Source: a virus
Length of the DNA stretch: 64,000 bases
IMG/VR virus record: IMGVR_UViG_3300023179_000026
Coordinates: 32,001 to 96,000 of that record
Direction: 5' to 3' (one strand)
Under the pieces are notes generated by a model. That model was not told where the DNA came from. It saw nothing but the letters and a program-made list of their open reading frames with translations, and made no database searches. Made by a program: the position numbers and the translations under genes. Numbering within the stretch: position 1 is the stretch's first letter; each line of letters opens with the position of its first letter. Shown here piece after piece: positions 27,563-35,994 of this stretch.

Positions 27563-28181
27563 ATTCTTCCATTGATGTAAATTTCCATGTACTCATATCA
27601 TTGTGTACAATATCTTCAATCAACCCATCAACAGGTCGATACCCATAAGTACAATACTTTACTAAACGTTTTGCAGCTTGTGGTTGCAGTGGATAATTCA
27701 TACGCAAAATTTTATTACGAATATCACTTGCAGTATGTTTACCCATAGCCCAATTTGTACCATCTGTGCCAATTTGACATACACTAATATCAAAATTGTT
27801 AATTACATCATCTAACCTATCATAAAAACGTTTAGTTATAATTTGTACAGTCCAAAACCGTCTGATCTTTGATTTGGAAACATAAAGGTAAGTAAAAGCA
27901 TTTTCTGTGTGATATTTTTCTTGTAGATTGGATTGATCAAGTAATCTATTTCTTAATTCATTCACTTGATGTTTATCAACACAAAATATATCAATGTCAG
28001 CTTGCTCAACAGGTTTATGTTGATACCATTGTAAACATGCCCCACCCGCAATGAATGGACCTTGTTCCGTGGGGCATATTACTCTAACAGGTTCTTGATC
28101 ATCTGCATGAACTAAAGGATAGTCCTTTACTTTAGGTTTTTCCGAAGTATCAAATAAATCATCAAAAGAAAAGCGACTCAT
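27555..28181 (-). CDS. Poly(A) polymerase/CCA-type nucleotidyltransferase head domain
   Basis: IAGGA...DIDIF...NFDISVCQ. Confidence 0.7.
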   Translation of the reverse strand: MSRFSFDDLFDTSEKPKVKDYPLVHADDQEPVRVICPTEQGPFIAGGACLQWYQHKPVEQADIDIFCVDKHQVNELRNRLLDQSNLQEKYHTENAFTYLYVSKSKIRRFWTVQIITKRFYDRLDDVINNFDISVCQIGTDGTNWAMGKHTASDIRNKILRMNYPLQPQAAKRLVKYCTYGYRPVDGLIEDIVHNDMSTWKFTSMEEYE

Positions 28182-28396
28182 ACAATTTTTTTATCTTGAA
28201 GCAAAGTTTCAAAAGTGCCAAACAATTGTTCAAATTTTACAGCATAAATTGTTTCCAAACCTAGCAAATAGTTTGAAATTTGATCTTTAGTATAGTTATC
28301 ATTTTCAAGAACTTGCTCGTTTAACAATTTAATTTCATCCGTAATACCCCAACAACCTAAAATTTGTTGTTCTAAATCAAAACGATCTGCCATCAT
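28178..28396 (-). CDS. Hypothetical protein
   Basis: 72 aa, coupled. Confidence 0.75.
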   Translation of the reverse strand: MMADRFDLEQQILGCWGITDEIKLLNEQVLENDNYTKDQISNYLLGLETIYAVKFEQLFGTFETLLQDKKIV

Positions 28397-28667
28397 ATTC
28401 TCCTATACCAAAACGTTGTTGTATAACTTGTTTTACTGCAATAAGTGCTGCGTTCCAACTTGGTGTATCGTAGGGGTTGCCATCAATGCCAACTCCACTA
28501 TAACCACGTAAATCATCACATACATTGATACATTCTGCAAGTACTAATTCAGTTAAATTGATTAGATCTACTAACGCAGGTTCGCTATGTATGCCATATT
28601 TCGGGCTAGCATATTCTGTGCGTAAAACGTTAGCTTGTCTAGCGAGTTGGATAATTTTTTTGTTCAT
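28377..28667 (-). CDS. MNERIxxLA family paralogue 5 (diverged)
   Basis: MNKKIIQLARQA...ELVLAEC...IQQRFGIGE. Confidence 0.75.
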   Translation of the reverse strand: MNKKIIQLARQANVLRTEYASPKYGIHSEPALVDLINLTELVLAECINVCDDLRGYSGVGIDGNPYDTPSWNAALIAVKQVIQQRFGIGEYDGRSF

Positions 28668-28680
28668 TTTTATCTTAAAC

Positions 28681-28926
28681 CTAAGTCTTTACGTTACAAA
28701 CATTGTTTTTAAATTCTTTATAGTCTAATAAAATACGCCCACATCTTCCATCTATTTTTGAAAATGTTTTTTCTTTATTTGACCGTAGCTGATCTTCCAT
28801 ATCTACTAATACTTCTCTACATTCTTCTTCACTTCTAATAGGGTTGGATGTGGATATTAAACCACAATCTGTTCCGCTACAAAAATATATGATAGCAGTA
28901 TAAAAGGCTAGTTTTTCAATAATCAT
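28681..28926 (-). CDS. Small Cys-containing, probably secreted protein
   Basis: Hydrophobic N-terminus, C-x4-C...C...C. Confidence 0.6.
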   Translation of the reverse strand: MIIEKLAFYTAIIYFCSGTDCGLISTSNPIRSEEECREVLVDMEDQLRSNKEKTFSKIDGRCGRILLDYKEFKNNVCNVKT

Positions 28927-29162
28927 CGTTCAATTCCAAAGTGTTTTAATACAATACGTTCACATCTTTTATATAATGCTTGATCCACTTTATATTCAAT
29001 ATCGCTTTCATAAAGGTTGGGCTCTAATGCCAGTAAGCATTCTTGTATGATGAGGTCAGCAAACTTTTCTATAGCCCGATGATCGTAGTCATCCATACTA
29101 TCCCAACAACCTTGAGCGGTCAGTCCTGCACGATACATTAGATCCTCAAGGCGACTATTCAT
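28923..29162 (-). CDS. MNERIxxLA family paralogue 4
   Basis: MNSRLEDLMYRAG...EKFADLIIQEC...KHFGIER. Confidence 0.8.
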   Translation of the reverse strand: MNSRLEDLMYRAGLTAQGCWDSMDDYDHRAIEKFADLIIQECLLALEPNLYESDIEYKVDQALYKRCERIVLKHFGIER

Positions 29163-29434
29163 TCTTCAACTCCGAAATCTTCCTTCAATTGCTCAACTGC
29201 ATCGCAGCCAAGGCCGTAATCCTCTGCCTTACTAATTACCGCAGCGGCAACCAACTCAGCGAACTTGTTCAGTCCCTGTTCAGATTGAATCATAGTAGAA
29301 ATAATTTCTGATGGTACAGCCGCTCGCCATTCATCATTATCTTTTACCAGCAGTGTTCGATCATTGTAATCCCATTCACCATCAATAGCAGGAATGCCAG
29401 CCTGTTCGGCAAGTTTTCGAATTCGTTCGTTCAT
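29159..29434 (-). CDS. MNERIxxLA family paralogue 3
   Basis: MNERIRKLAEQAG...KFAELV...EDFGVEE. Confidence 0.8.
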   Translation of the reverse strand: MNERIRKLAEQAGIPAIDGEWDYNDRTLLVKDNDEWRAAVPSEIISTMIQSEQGLNKFAELVAAAVISKAEDYGLGCDAVEQLKEDFGVEE

Positions 29435-29658
29435 TCTTCAACTCCGAAATTTTTTTTAATTTGTTTAGCAATAATAGCACCCATATCGTCATTTCGGTGA
29501 CTATTCTTTAGTGATACTTGCTCACATTCCCTAACGATCAACTCGGCGAACTTTTCTGTGTAATATCTTGGATACTGATCGTAATCAGCACCTTCATCTA
29601 TCAGTTCGCCAGCATAGATTTCAGCCTGTTCGGCAAGTTTTCGAATTCGTTCGTTCAT
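29431..29658 (-). CDS. MNERIxxLA family paralogue 2 (start revised)
   Basis: MNERIRKLAEQAE...EKFAELIVREC...KNFGVEE. Confidence 0.8.
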   Translation of the reverse strand: MNERIRKLAEQAEIYAGELIDEGADYDQYPRYYTEKFAELIVRECEQVSLKNSHRNDDMGAIIAKQIKKNFGVEE

Positions 29659-29659
29659 T

Positions 29660-29755
29660 TTACATTCCTTGGGCACTGCGATTGGAACATGCCTCACATG
29701 GTTGCATTGGTTCTGTCATGGCACATTCCGCACAGGTCAACCAAAACACTTTCAT
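29660..29755 (-). CDS. 31-aa CxxC-CxxC micro-protein (not in the ORF track)
   Basis: MKVFWLTCAECAMTEPMQPCEACSNRSAQGM; ATGA overlap with the upstream stop. Confidence 0.55.
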   Translation of the reverse strand: MKVFWLTCAECAMTEPMQPCEACSNRSAQGM

Positions 29756-29946
29756 TCTTCAACTCCGAAATGTTTTTTAAGTTTACTTTCTGTAATTGAA
29801 CCGACTTGACTAATTTCAATACATTCCTTAACAATCAACAGGGCGAACTTTTCAGTAAAGTATTCATGCTCCTCGCTAGCAAAAGGTGCATGAGCATCTG
29901 CCCAATCTTGAGCTTGTTCAGCAAGTTCTTTAATTCTCTTGTTCAT
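29752..29946 (-). CDS. MNERIxxLA family paralogue 1
   Basis: MNKRIKELAEQA...EKFALLIVKEC...KHFGVEE. Confidence 0.8.
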   Translation of the reverse strand: MNKRIKELAEQAQDWADAHAPFASEEHEYFTEKFALLIVKECIEISQVGSITESKLKKHFGVEE

Positions 29947-30041
29947 TATACTTTCCTATCAAGGACAAACCCTTTAAAGTAAATAAAAAAAGCTTTAGCA
30001 ACATTCTTCATTTGACGTAAATAATATTGACGGTATGACAT
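29946..30041 (-). CDS. Small protein (31 aa)
   Basis: MSYRQYYLRQMKNVAKAFFIYFKGFVLDRKV; TAATG coupling to the next gene. Confidence 0.45.
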   Translation of the reverse strand: MSYRQYYLRQMKNVAKAFFIYFKGFVLDRKV

Positions 30042-30058
30042 TATTGCATACCTTTCAT

Positions 30059-30133
30059 TTACCCTACCGTTATCAAATAAAGTAGTAAGAAAAACAAGAA
30101 GAAAATTGCTAGATAAGTTCCAACTTTATCCAT
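30059..30133 (-). CDS. Small single-pass membrane peptide (24 aa)
   Basis: MDKVGTYLAIFFLFFLLLYLITVG; starts 1 nt after the upstream stop. Confidence 0.45.
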   Translation of the reverse strand: MDKVGTYLAIFFLFFLLLYLITVG

Positions 30134-30134
30134 G

Positions 30135-30455
30135 CTACATGCTCCAATACAGTTCACTTGAAGGATCGCAACAACGTGGTGTATCTGCAGGAATCACGAC
30201 TTTTTCACCTGTTATATAATTCTTGACAGTCTTCATTTCTACAGGAGTTGTATCAACTTTTTCTACCTTCATCATCTTAAGGTAGGAATCGGAAGCACAC
30301 ATTCTGATGGTGTTGGACTTCCCCATAATTTCAATAATGATCCAAGGGGTCATTGTACCATTAGCTGCAGGGGCAAGAAAGATTTTTTTGATAGTACCGA
30401 GAAGGTTACCTGCTGCAGAAACCCAAGTAATTGTGTCAGCTACGTTCAAGTTCAT
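30135..30455 (-). CDS. Early hypothetical protein (start revised to MNLNV)
   Basis: AAGGAG 6 nt upstream; C-terminal NYITG...TPRCCDPSSELYWSM. Confidence 0.75.
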   Translation of the reverse strand: MNLNVADTITWVSAAGNLLGTIKKIFLAPAANGTMTPWIIIEIMGKSNTIRMCASDSYLKMMKVEKVDTTPVEMKTVKNYITGEKVVIPADTPRCCDPSSELYWSM

Positions 30456-30485
30456 TTCCATCTCCTTGTTAATCACCATACATGT

Positions 30486-30514
30486 AGTATATGAAAATAT
30501 AAGGTTGCTGTCAA
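30486..30514 (-). promoter_or_regulatory. Strong sigma70 (early) promoter driving the 30.5-26 kb accessory cluster
   Basis: TTGACA-17-TATACT. Confidence 0.85.
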
Positions 30515-30532
30515 GTGTTTTTTCTAATGTTG

Positions 30533-31483
30533 TTACTTCACTACAAAATAATCACTAAACTTGTCGATATGCTCGTAAAATTTAGCTATACCTAACTCTA
30601 ATTGTGGATGATATGGGTAATTATCATAGCTTAATTTTCTACCATGCTGTATTCGTTCCCCTATTTCAACATCTTCTAATGCTGTTGAATGATATGCTGC
30701 CAATTGAGTTTCAACAAAATCTTGGTCAAATGCTGATACACTGTCAATATGATGATACTCAATTAAATTAAAACATGTTTTATCGGTGTCAGGCCATACC
30801 GTACTCATAACAATCATGTTAGGATACCACTCTAATGTCATGTTAGGATAGATAGTAGCCCATAATGCACCGTACTCCACATGTGAATAATTACTACGTA
30901 TCATCTTTTGCAATTCATTAAAATGTGGATTAGGATTGTTACTGCTTTTATTATACTTAACCTCTTGAATTGACCAATTATCACCAAAGTGCAATTTGTA
31001 ATGGTTCATGTCAACAAAATTTCCTAAGCCTGGATGGAATGGTTTGACATGATACAAATCTAAATACACTTCAATAAAAACTTCCCAACTAAAATTTAAC
31101 TTCATAATTTCTGTTTTAGTATGGACATAATTACTTGTATCAAAATGTGACACCAAGTGTTTTGGAAAATTTATATCCATTGGTTTGGTAAACAAAAAGT
31201 TATTCCATTCATGTGTTGTTATAGTTGGTAAACATCCTTCAGTATCAAATGGTGATCCTAACAATACGCCATGTTGGTCATAAGTCCATCGATGAAGTGG
31301 GCATACAAGATTACCGTGAAATGGTTGTGGTTCATCAACGATAATAGCCCCACGATGCAAACATGAATTACTAACCACCTTAGTAATATTGTTGTATTTT
31401 TGTACTGCCCATAATTTATTAAATTGTTTTAGTGGTTGTACAGAATTGTTATTCAAGCTTAAATTTGATATTAAGTATGTCAC
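30533..31483 (-). CDS. Rieske non-heme iron oxygenase alpha subunit
   Basis: CLHRG...CPLHRWTY Rieske ligands; DLYHVKPFH and EDVEIG mononuclear-iron motifs. Confidence 0.9.
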   Translation of the reverse strand: MTYLISNLSLNNNSVQPLKQFNKLWAVQKYNNITKVVSNSCLHRGAIIVDEPQPFHGNLVCPLHRWTYDQHGVLLGSPFDTEGCLPTITTHEWNNFLFTKPMDINFPKHLVSHFDTSNYVHTKTEIMKLNFSWEVFIEVYLDLYHVKPFHPGLGNFVDMNHYKLHFGDNWSIQEVKYNKSSNNPNPHFNELQKMIRSNYSHVEYGALWATIYPNMTLEWYPNMIVMSTVWPDTDKTCFNLIEYHHIDSVSAFDQDFVETQLAAYHSTALEDVEIGERIQHGRKLSYDNYPYHPQLELGIAKFYEHIDKFSDYFVVK

Positions 31484-31503
31484 AGTAGATCCTCAAACCG
31501 TAT

Positions 31504-32547
31504 TTAAGCAACCTTTAAGCTTGATTTAAGATTTCCTTGGTATGGTGAACGTAACCATTCTACATAAAAATTAGCTGATTCTGAAATTTTAATCAGTTGA
31601 TACTTACCGCAGAATCTCATAAATTCTGTACCAACTTGTCCTACAGGTTCTTTACTAACTGTATTATTAATCACTTCATCTAATACTTGTTTTACTTCTT
31701 CAGGCTGTAATGTCAAGTCTATTAGTACACGATTACGTTCGTAATCATCTTTTACTTTATGTTCAACCCCATTGTGATCGACCCAACGTTGTTGCATAAC
31801 ATTGTTCCAATTAAATCCTTTTTTATCACGATCTGCATATGCTTCAATCAGCCCAATTGTTTTTTTGGTGGATTTTTTTCGTACACCTGGGTATGCGCTG
31901 AAGATGTTATCAGTGCTATCACCACGCATACACTTTTCAAATAATATAAATTGTGGGTCACCTACTTGTTTGTGCTCTTTTGTTTTATTGTCAATAATAG
32001 GTTTACCATATTCATCATAGTAACCATCTATGGTAATTAACTGATTTGCTAAACTATTATATCGTTGTACATTGTGAGCAAGTAATTGATCAAAATCAGT
32101 ATCACTGCTAATAATGACATGTTGATTATGTGGATGTAGTTGAACAAAACGTGCAATTACATCGTCCGCTTCAGCGATATCGCAGCGTATAACTGATACA
32201 TTAGTTTTTTCACGTAGATACTTAATAAAATCATTGTAAGTATCATTAAACAATGTGTCTAATTGTAGGTCATGCTCTGTCTTAGCTAATTCTTTTACTG
32301 CACGATTACGTTTGTATGGTTCATAGAATTGTTTACGCCAACTACGACCTTCTAGCGCAAAAACAACGTGCACAGGATTGTTTGCGCTGAATTTGCGAAC
32401 CATAGTATTAGCACTTTGTAGAGTAAGGTGTAATGCCATACCTACACGTTCACTATCTGTTTCGCTACGACTAGCAATATATTTTGATTTGAAGAATAAA
32501 TTAGCAGTATCAATAATAATATACTTAACTGATTTCGGATCTTCCAT
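31504..32547 (-). CDS. rnh: 5'-3' exonuclease / T4 RNase H-like flap nuclease
   Basis: IIDTANL, YKRNR, EADDVIA, ISSDTDFDQL, RGDSTDNI. Confidence 0.9.
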   Translation of the reverse strand: MEDPKSVKYIIIDTANLFFKSKYIASRSETDSERVGMALHLTLQSANTMVRKFSANNPVHVVFALEGRSWRKQFYEPYKRNRAVKELAKTEHDLQLDTLFNDTYNDFIKYLREKTNVSVIRCDIAEADDVIARFVQLHPHNQHVIISSDTDFDQLLAHNVQRYNSLANQLITIDGYYDEYGKPIIDNKTKEHKQVGDPQFILFEKCMRGDSTDNIFSAYPGVRKKSTKKTIGLIEAYADRDKKGFNWNNVMQQRWVDHNGVEHKVKDDYERNRVLIDLTLQPEEVKQVLDEVINNTVSKEPVGQVGTEFMRFCGKYQLIKISESANFYVEWLRSPYQGNLKSSLKVA

Positions 32548-32974
32548 TGCCTATATCCTTAGATTTTACAACACGTAAATCGGTTTCACGGTTAAAGGGG
32601 TCTGCATTTTGTTGTTCATAAACTTCTAGAGCAATATTACGACATACTGTTTGAAACCAACGATCAACAATGTCTGCTTCAGTATCATCAGGACGTATTT
32701 TGTAACCTGCTTTTATCAAGTTTATCACAAACTTATCATTGAAATCAAGCTCAAAACTACCTGCATTAATATTGTTTGGGTCAATATCTACCTTAGTGAT
32801 GGTTATGTATGGTTCGTTATTTTTAGTAGCAAGTTCTTTATCTGATAATTTTTCTTCAGGTTTTTTCTTTGCTTCTTTAGTTTTTTTAGGTGGTTCAGGT
32901 TGTTCAGGTGGTTCGGAAGGGTCAGGTGGAATAGGTATAGGTTTATTCCACAATGCTTTTAATTTGTCAAACAT
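32525..32974 (-). CDS. Hypothetical protein (start revised to MFDKL)
   Basis: GAGG RBS; 149 aa. Confidence 0.75.
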   Translation of the reverse strand: MFDKLKALWNKPIPIPPDPSEPPEQPEPPKKTKEAKKKPEEKLSDKELATKNNEPYITITKVDIDPNNINAGSFELDFNDKFVINLIKAGYKIRPDDTEADIVDRWFQTVCRNIALEVYEQQNADPFNRETDLRVVKSKDIGNGRSEIS

Positions 32975-34013
32975 ACGTATCCTCAACAATCATTGTCATA
33001 TCTTTCTTATATTCTTCATACAATTGCATACTAGCTAGGTTTTTAGCTTTGCTTTCACACATTATGTCACCCCATACCCAATGTGACATTGCCCAACGAT
33101 TAACAGATTTGTTCCAATAAAAATCGCTGTGTGCACGTAGCTCTTGTTTTTTATGTCCACTTTCTGCAAGCAGTTGATAATTTGGTTTGGTATGAACATC
33201 ATGTTTAACTAATACATCCTCACGACTGACAGAATAATGGATGACAGGGCGCACACCACGCCAACTATCAATAACCCTGTCGATACGGGCATCATCCATT
33301 TCAATGTATTGTCCTGTTTTACACCAATGGTGATGAATATCAAGCACAATAGGAGCAACATCACTAAGTTGAAGGCAATCATCGAGTCCATAAGTTATTT
33401 CTTCGTTTTCAATGGTAATACAGTTTCTTGCTTCTTGAGACAATCTTGCATATGCATGTCGAAAACCTGCGGCACCTTGTTTACCCGCAAGGTGGATGTT
33501 AATTTTAAAGTCTTGAAATTGTTTACCGTACCCCATGTAACGGGCCATATCCGCATGATACTCAAACTCCTTTAATGAATTCTCAACAATGTTCTCATTA
33601 TCACTAGCGAGCACACAAAACTGACCAGGATGAAAAGACAAACGTACACCGTTTTCTCTAGCACTATCACCAATAGTTGCAAAATGCCGCTCAAGATATC
33701 GAACAACATCAGGGTGTTGATAGAAATAACTCCATGATGGCTCAGTGTATACAGGAAGGATATCACTACTAAGACGCACCATCCTAAGTTCTTCATGCAA
33801 TTCTCCTACACGTTTAACTAACAGTCTTGTTGATTCAATATTACCCTTCATTAAATCCCATAGTTTATCTTCAGCAACACTGCGTACTTGTTTATTTAAC
33901 CAAGTACGTGTAGTAGTACCTGTATTGTATTTTTTGCAGTCATCCGTAGGTTTAATACCATCTACTTGATCTGCACGATCAATCCACTTACAGGCGAATC
34001 CTAGTTTGCGCAT
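32967..34013 (-). CDS. uvsE: UV damage endonuclease (UVDE)
   Basis: LGFAC, RLSSDILP, RLSFHPGQF, INIH, IENEE, LDIHHH, HYS, AHSD, DIMCESKAK. Confidence 0.93.
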   Translation of the reverse strand: MRKLGFACKWIDRADQVDGIKPTDDCKKYNTGTTTRTWLNKQVRSVAEDKLWDLMKGNIESTRLLVKRVGELHEELRMVRLSSDILPVYTEPSWSYFYQHPDVVRYLERHFATIGDSARENGVRLSFHPGQFCVLASDNENIVENSLKEFEYHADMARYMGYGKQFQDFKINIHLAGKQGAAGFRHAYARLSQEARNCITIENEEITYGLDDCLQLSDVAPIVLDIHHHWCKTGQYIEMDDARIDRVIDSWRGVRPVIHYSVSREDVLVKHDVHTKPNYQLLAESGHKKQELRAHSDFYWNKSVNRWAMSHWVWGDIMCESKAKNLASMQLYEEYKKDMTMIVEDTYV

Positions 34014-34015
34014 GA

Positions 34016-34225
34016 TTAGGCACTTTCAATAAGTTGAGCTGCAAATACATTTAACTGTGAACGTGGCATGAATAATTCAAAAGTACTAGTCATGATACAC
34101 GTATTTTTCTCTACATCCCACAATTCTCGTGTAAAAGTTACAGCTCGCATGTCAGTAGGTAAAGTACATGTGGTGACTTTCATATATAGTTTAAAATCAG
34201 GGCGGTCAACAAGATATTCCATCAT
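34016..34225 (-). CDS. Hypothetical protein
   Basis: 69 aa, GGAG RBS, own promoter. Confidence 0.65.
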   Translation of the reverse strand: MMEYLVDRPDFKLYMKVTTCTLPTDMRAVTFTRELWDVEKNTCIMTSTFELFMPRSQLNVFAAQLIESA

Positions 34226-34245
34226 AGTTTCTCCAAAGAAATTAG

Positions 34246-34274
34246 ATTATAACGTATAACAAACTTTTAGACAA
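34246..34274 (-). promoter_or_regulatory. sigma70-type promoter
   Basis: TTGTCT-17-TATAAT. Confidence 0.7.
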
Positions 34275-34285
34275 GTGTTGTTTAT

Positions 34286-34765
34286 TTACCACTTTTCTGA
34301 TTTGCTTACTCTTTGCATTTCAGCTTCCATGACACGTTTACGCAACGAACTTGAACTAAAGCTATGGTCACGTCCATTGTATATCAATTCTATACCACGG
34401 TCAAGGCATATCTGTTTACCCGTAAAATCTTTATCCTTATATTCTATGCCAAGAATACGCATGTCAATGGGTAGGATAAGAAACAAATCTTCTAAATCTT
34501 TTTCTGTATTATATATAACTATTTCATCAACAAAGCGTGTTGCGCTAAGTTGTATTTGACGCTCTACAATACTTTGTACAGGATTGTTTTTACTTGGTCT
34601 GTCTATACTAGCATCATTTTGTAAAGCAGCAATGAGGTAATCACAATGTTGTTTAGCCTCAGAAAGCATGGCGACATGCCCTGCATGTAATAAATCAAAT
34701 TGACTGCAGGTTATGCCTATTTTTAGATCACTATTTTTTAGTTCTTTGATACGATTGAATATCAT
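34286..34765 (-). CDS. Cytidylyltransferase (TagD/RfaE-like)
   Basis: FDLLHAGH (HxGH), ER..QL...VDE, G.EY, SSSSLR. Confidence 0.9.
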   Translation of the reverse strand: MIFNRIKELKNSDLKIGITCSQFDLLHAGHVAMLSEAKQHCDYLIAALQNDASIDRPSKNNPVQSIVERQIQLSATRFVDEIVIYNTEKDLEDLFLILPIDMRILGIEYKDKDFTGKQICLDRGIELIYNGRDHSFSSSSLRKRVMEAEMQRVSKSEKW

Positions 34766-34770
34766 AAAAT

Positions 34771-34797
34771 ACCCCTATCTGTTATTTAGATAGGGGT
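34771..34797 (-). promoter_or_regulatory. 10-bp hairpin that pairs the RBS and has the late promoter motif in its loop
   Basis: ACCCCTATCT-AAATAAC-AGATAGGGGT-ATTTT-ATG. Confidence 0.65.
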
Positions 34798-34810
34798 GTT
34801 GGTTGAGAAA

Positions 34811-35038
34811 TTAAAAATCAGATTCCATTTTTTTCAAATCTTCTTCCCACATGTTTTTTGCATTCTTACCTTTTAAAAATTTTTGATATTGTTGGTAAGC
34901 ATAGCTACGCATGTTGTTAAGATCACGCTCATCATAACGATAACCGTACTCCCTACAAAACTGTAAATAATTTTCTAAATCCTCATAAATAAGGCTAGAA
35001 GTAGAAAAGTAGGAACGACCTTTGGTTGCTTTATTCAT
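34811..35038 (-). CDS. Hypothetical protein
   Basis: 75 aa, AAGGA upstream. Confidence 0.7.
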   Translation of the reverse strand: MNKATKGRSYFSTSSLIYEDLENYLQFCREYGYRYDERDLNNMRSYAYQQYQKFLKGKNAKNMWEEDLKKMESDF

Positions 35039-35052
35039 AAAACTGTAAATCC

Positions 35053-35430
35053 TTAAATTTTGATTGTTAAACTAGGTTTAGTACTACGATAATGTGTAAT
35101 GACTGCTGAGCCACTACTTTCTGCAACAGTAATTTTAATATCACTATCTGCAAAATGGTTTGATAACCTTAAGAAAAGTTCATCAGAAATTCTTTGGCAA
35201 TATTGTAAATCATCGTCAGCCTTGGGTTTACCAATGTCAGATGCTTCAATATCTTTTATTGCTTGGTTAATAGGTTTGGCATCAAGAATGCCATCTAGTG
35301 ATTCAACTTGTATGTTAGCAGTAAAAAAGTTTTTAATTCTAGTTTTTTTCCTAATGTAAATTAAACTTTCTCGCATAACACGATCATTGCGTTCTTTCAA
35401 TGCTAAGTTACGTTGTGCACTATATTCCAT
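35053..35430 (-). CDS. Hypothetical protein
   Basis: 125 aa, coupled. Confidence 0.7.
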   Translation of the reverse strand: MEYSAQRNLALKERNDRVMRESLIYIRKKTRIKNFFTANIQVESLDGILDAKPINQAIKDIEASDIGKPKADDDLQYCQRISDELFLRLSNHFADSDIKITVAESSGSAVITHYRSTKPSLTIKI

Positions 35431-35645
35431 TATCTATCATCCCATGTATCGGTTTCACGACCACTTGTAGCTTCAAATTGAAGTTTACTCAATCTTGCGA
35501 TTTCATCCTTCAATTGTAGCTTACGCTTCTTTAAATTGGTCACTTGTTCAGGAATATAATGTGTTTGTCCTTCCATGTCAAGTATTTGTTTGTCTACAAA
35601 TCGATGTAATTCTTCAAGATGTTTAATACGCTCACGATAAGGCAT
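35430..35645 (-). CDS. DUF465/YdcH-like coiled-coil protein
   Basis: RIKHLEELHRFVDKQI...LKKRKLQLKDEI. Confidence 0.75.
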   Translation of the reverse strand: MPYRERIKHLEELHRFVDKQILDMEGQTHYIPEQVTNLKKRKLQLKDEIARLSKLQFEATSGRETDTWDDR

Positions 35646-35646
35646 T

Positions 35647-35994
35647 TTAACCTCCTTTATGATCCTTAACTAATTGTATAACTAAATCCATTTTTTCTTG
35701 CAAGTCTGCAATCATAGGATATTCTTTTGATAATTCTTCAATCTCTTTTTCACGCTGCATGGCTGATTTTGCCCATTCTAAAACGTTTATAGTTTCTTGG
35801 TCTAAACTTATTGTTGGTGTAGACTTAGGTATTGGCAACCAAGCATATCCATCATAAATTTCTAAATTTTGTGAATTAGTGTTATATTTTACAGATCCAA
35901 TTAATGGATTATTAGTTTGTTGACTAATGTAAGGCATTGACGGTCCGTTATTAATTACCGTAATGCCTTTACCTGATGTAAGATACACTATCAT
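35647..35994 (-). CDS. Hypothetical protein
   Basis: 115 aa, coupled. Confidence 0.7.
   Translation of the reverse strand: MIVYLTSGKGITVINNGPSMPYISQQTNNPLIGSVKYNTNSQNLEIYDGYAWLPIPKSTPTISLDQETINVLEWAKSAMQREKEIEELSKEYPMIADLQEKMDLVIQLVKDHKGG

Larger units (their letters stand above)
29158..29771. repeat. Dispersed exact direct repeats at paralogue junctions
   Basis: 21-bp ttcattcttcaactccgaaat at 29158, 29430 and 29751; 38-bp repeat at 29398-29435 and 29622-29659. Confidence 0.92.

Noticed and set aside
29158-29771. Possible CRISPR array (21-bp repeat x3)
   Set aside because: Spacing is about 270-320 bp, the repeats encode protein ends and starts, and there are no cas genes
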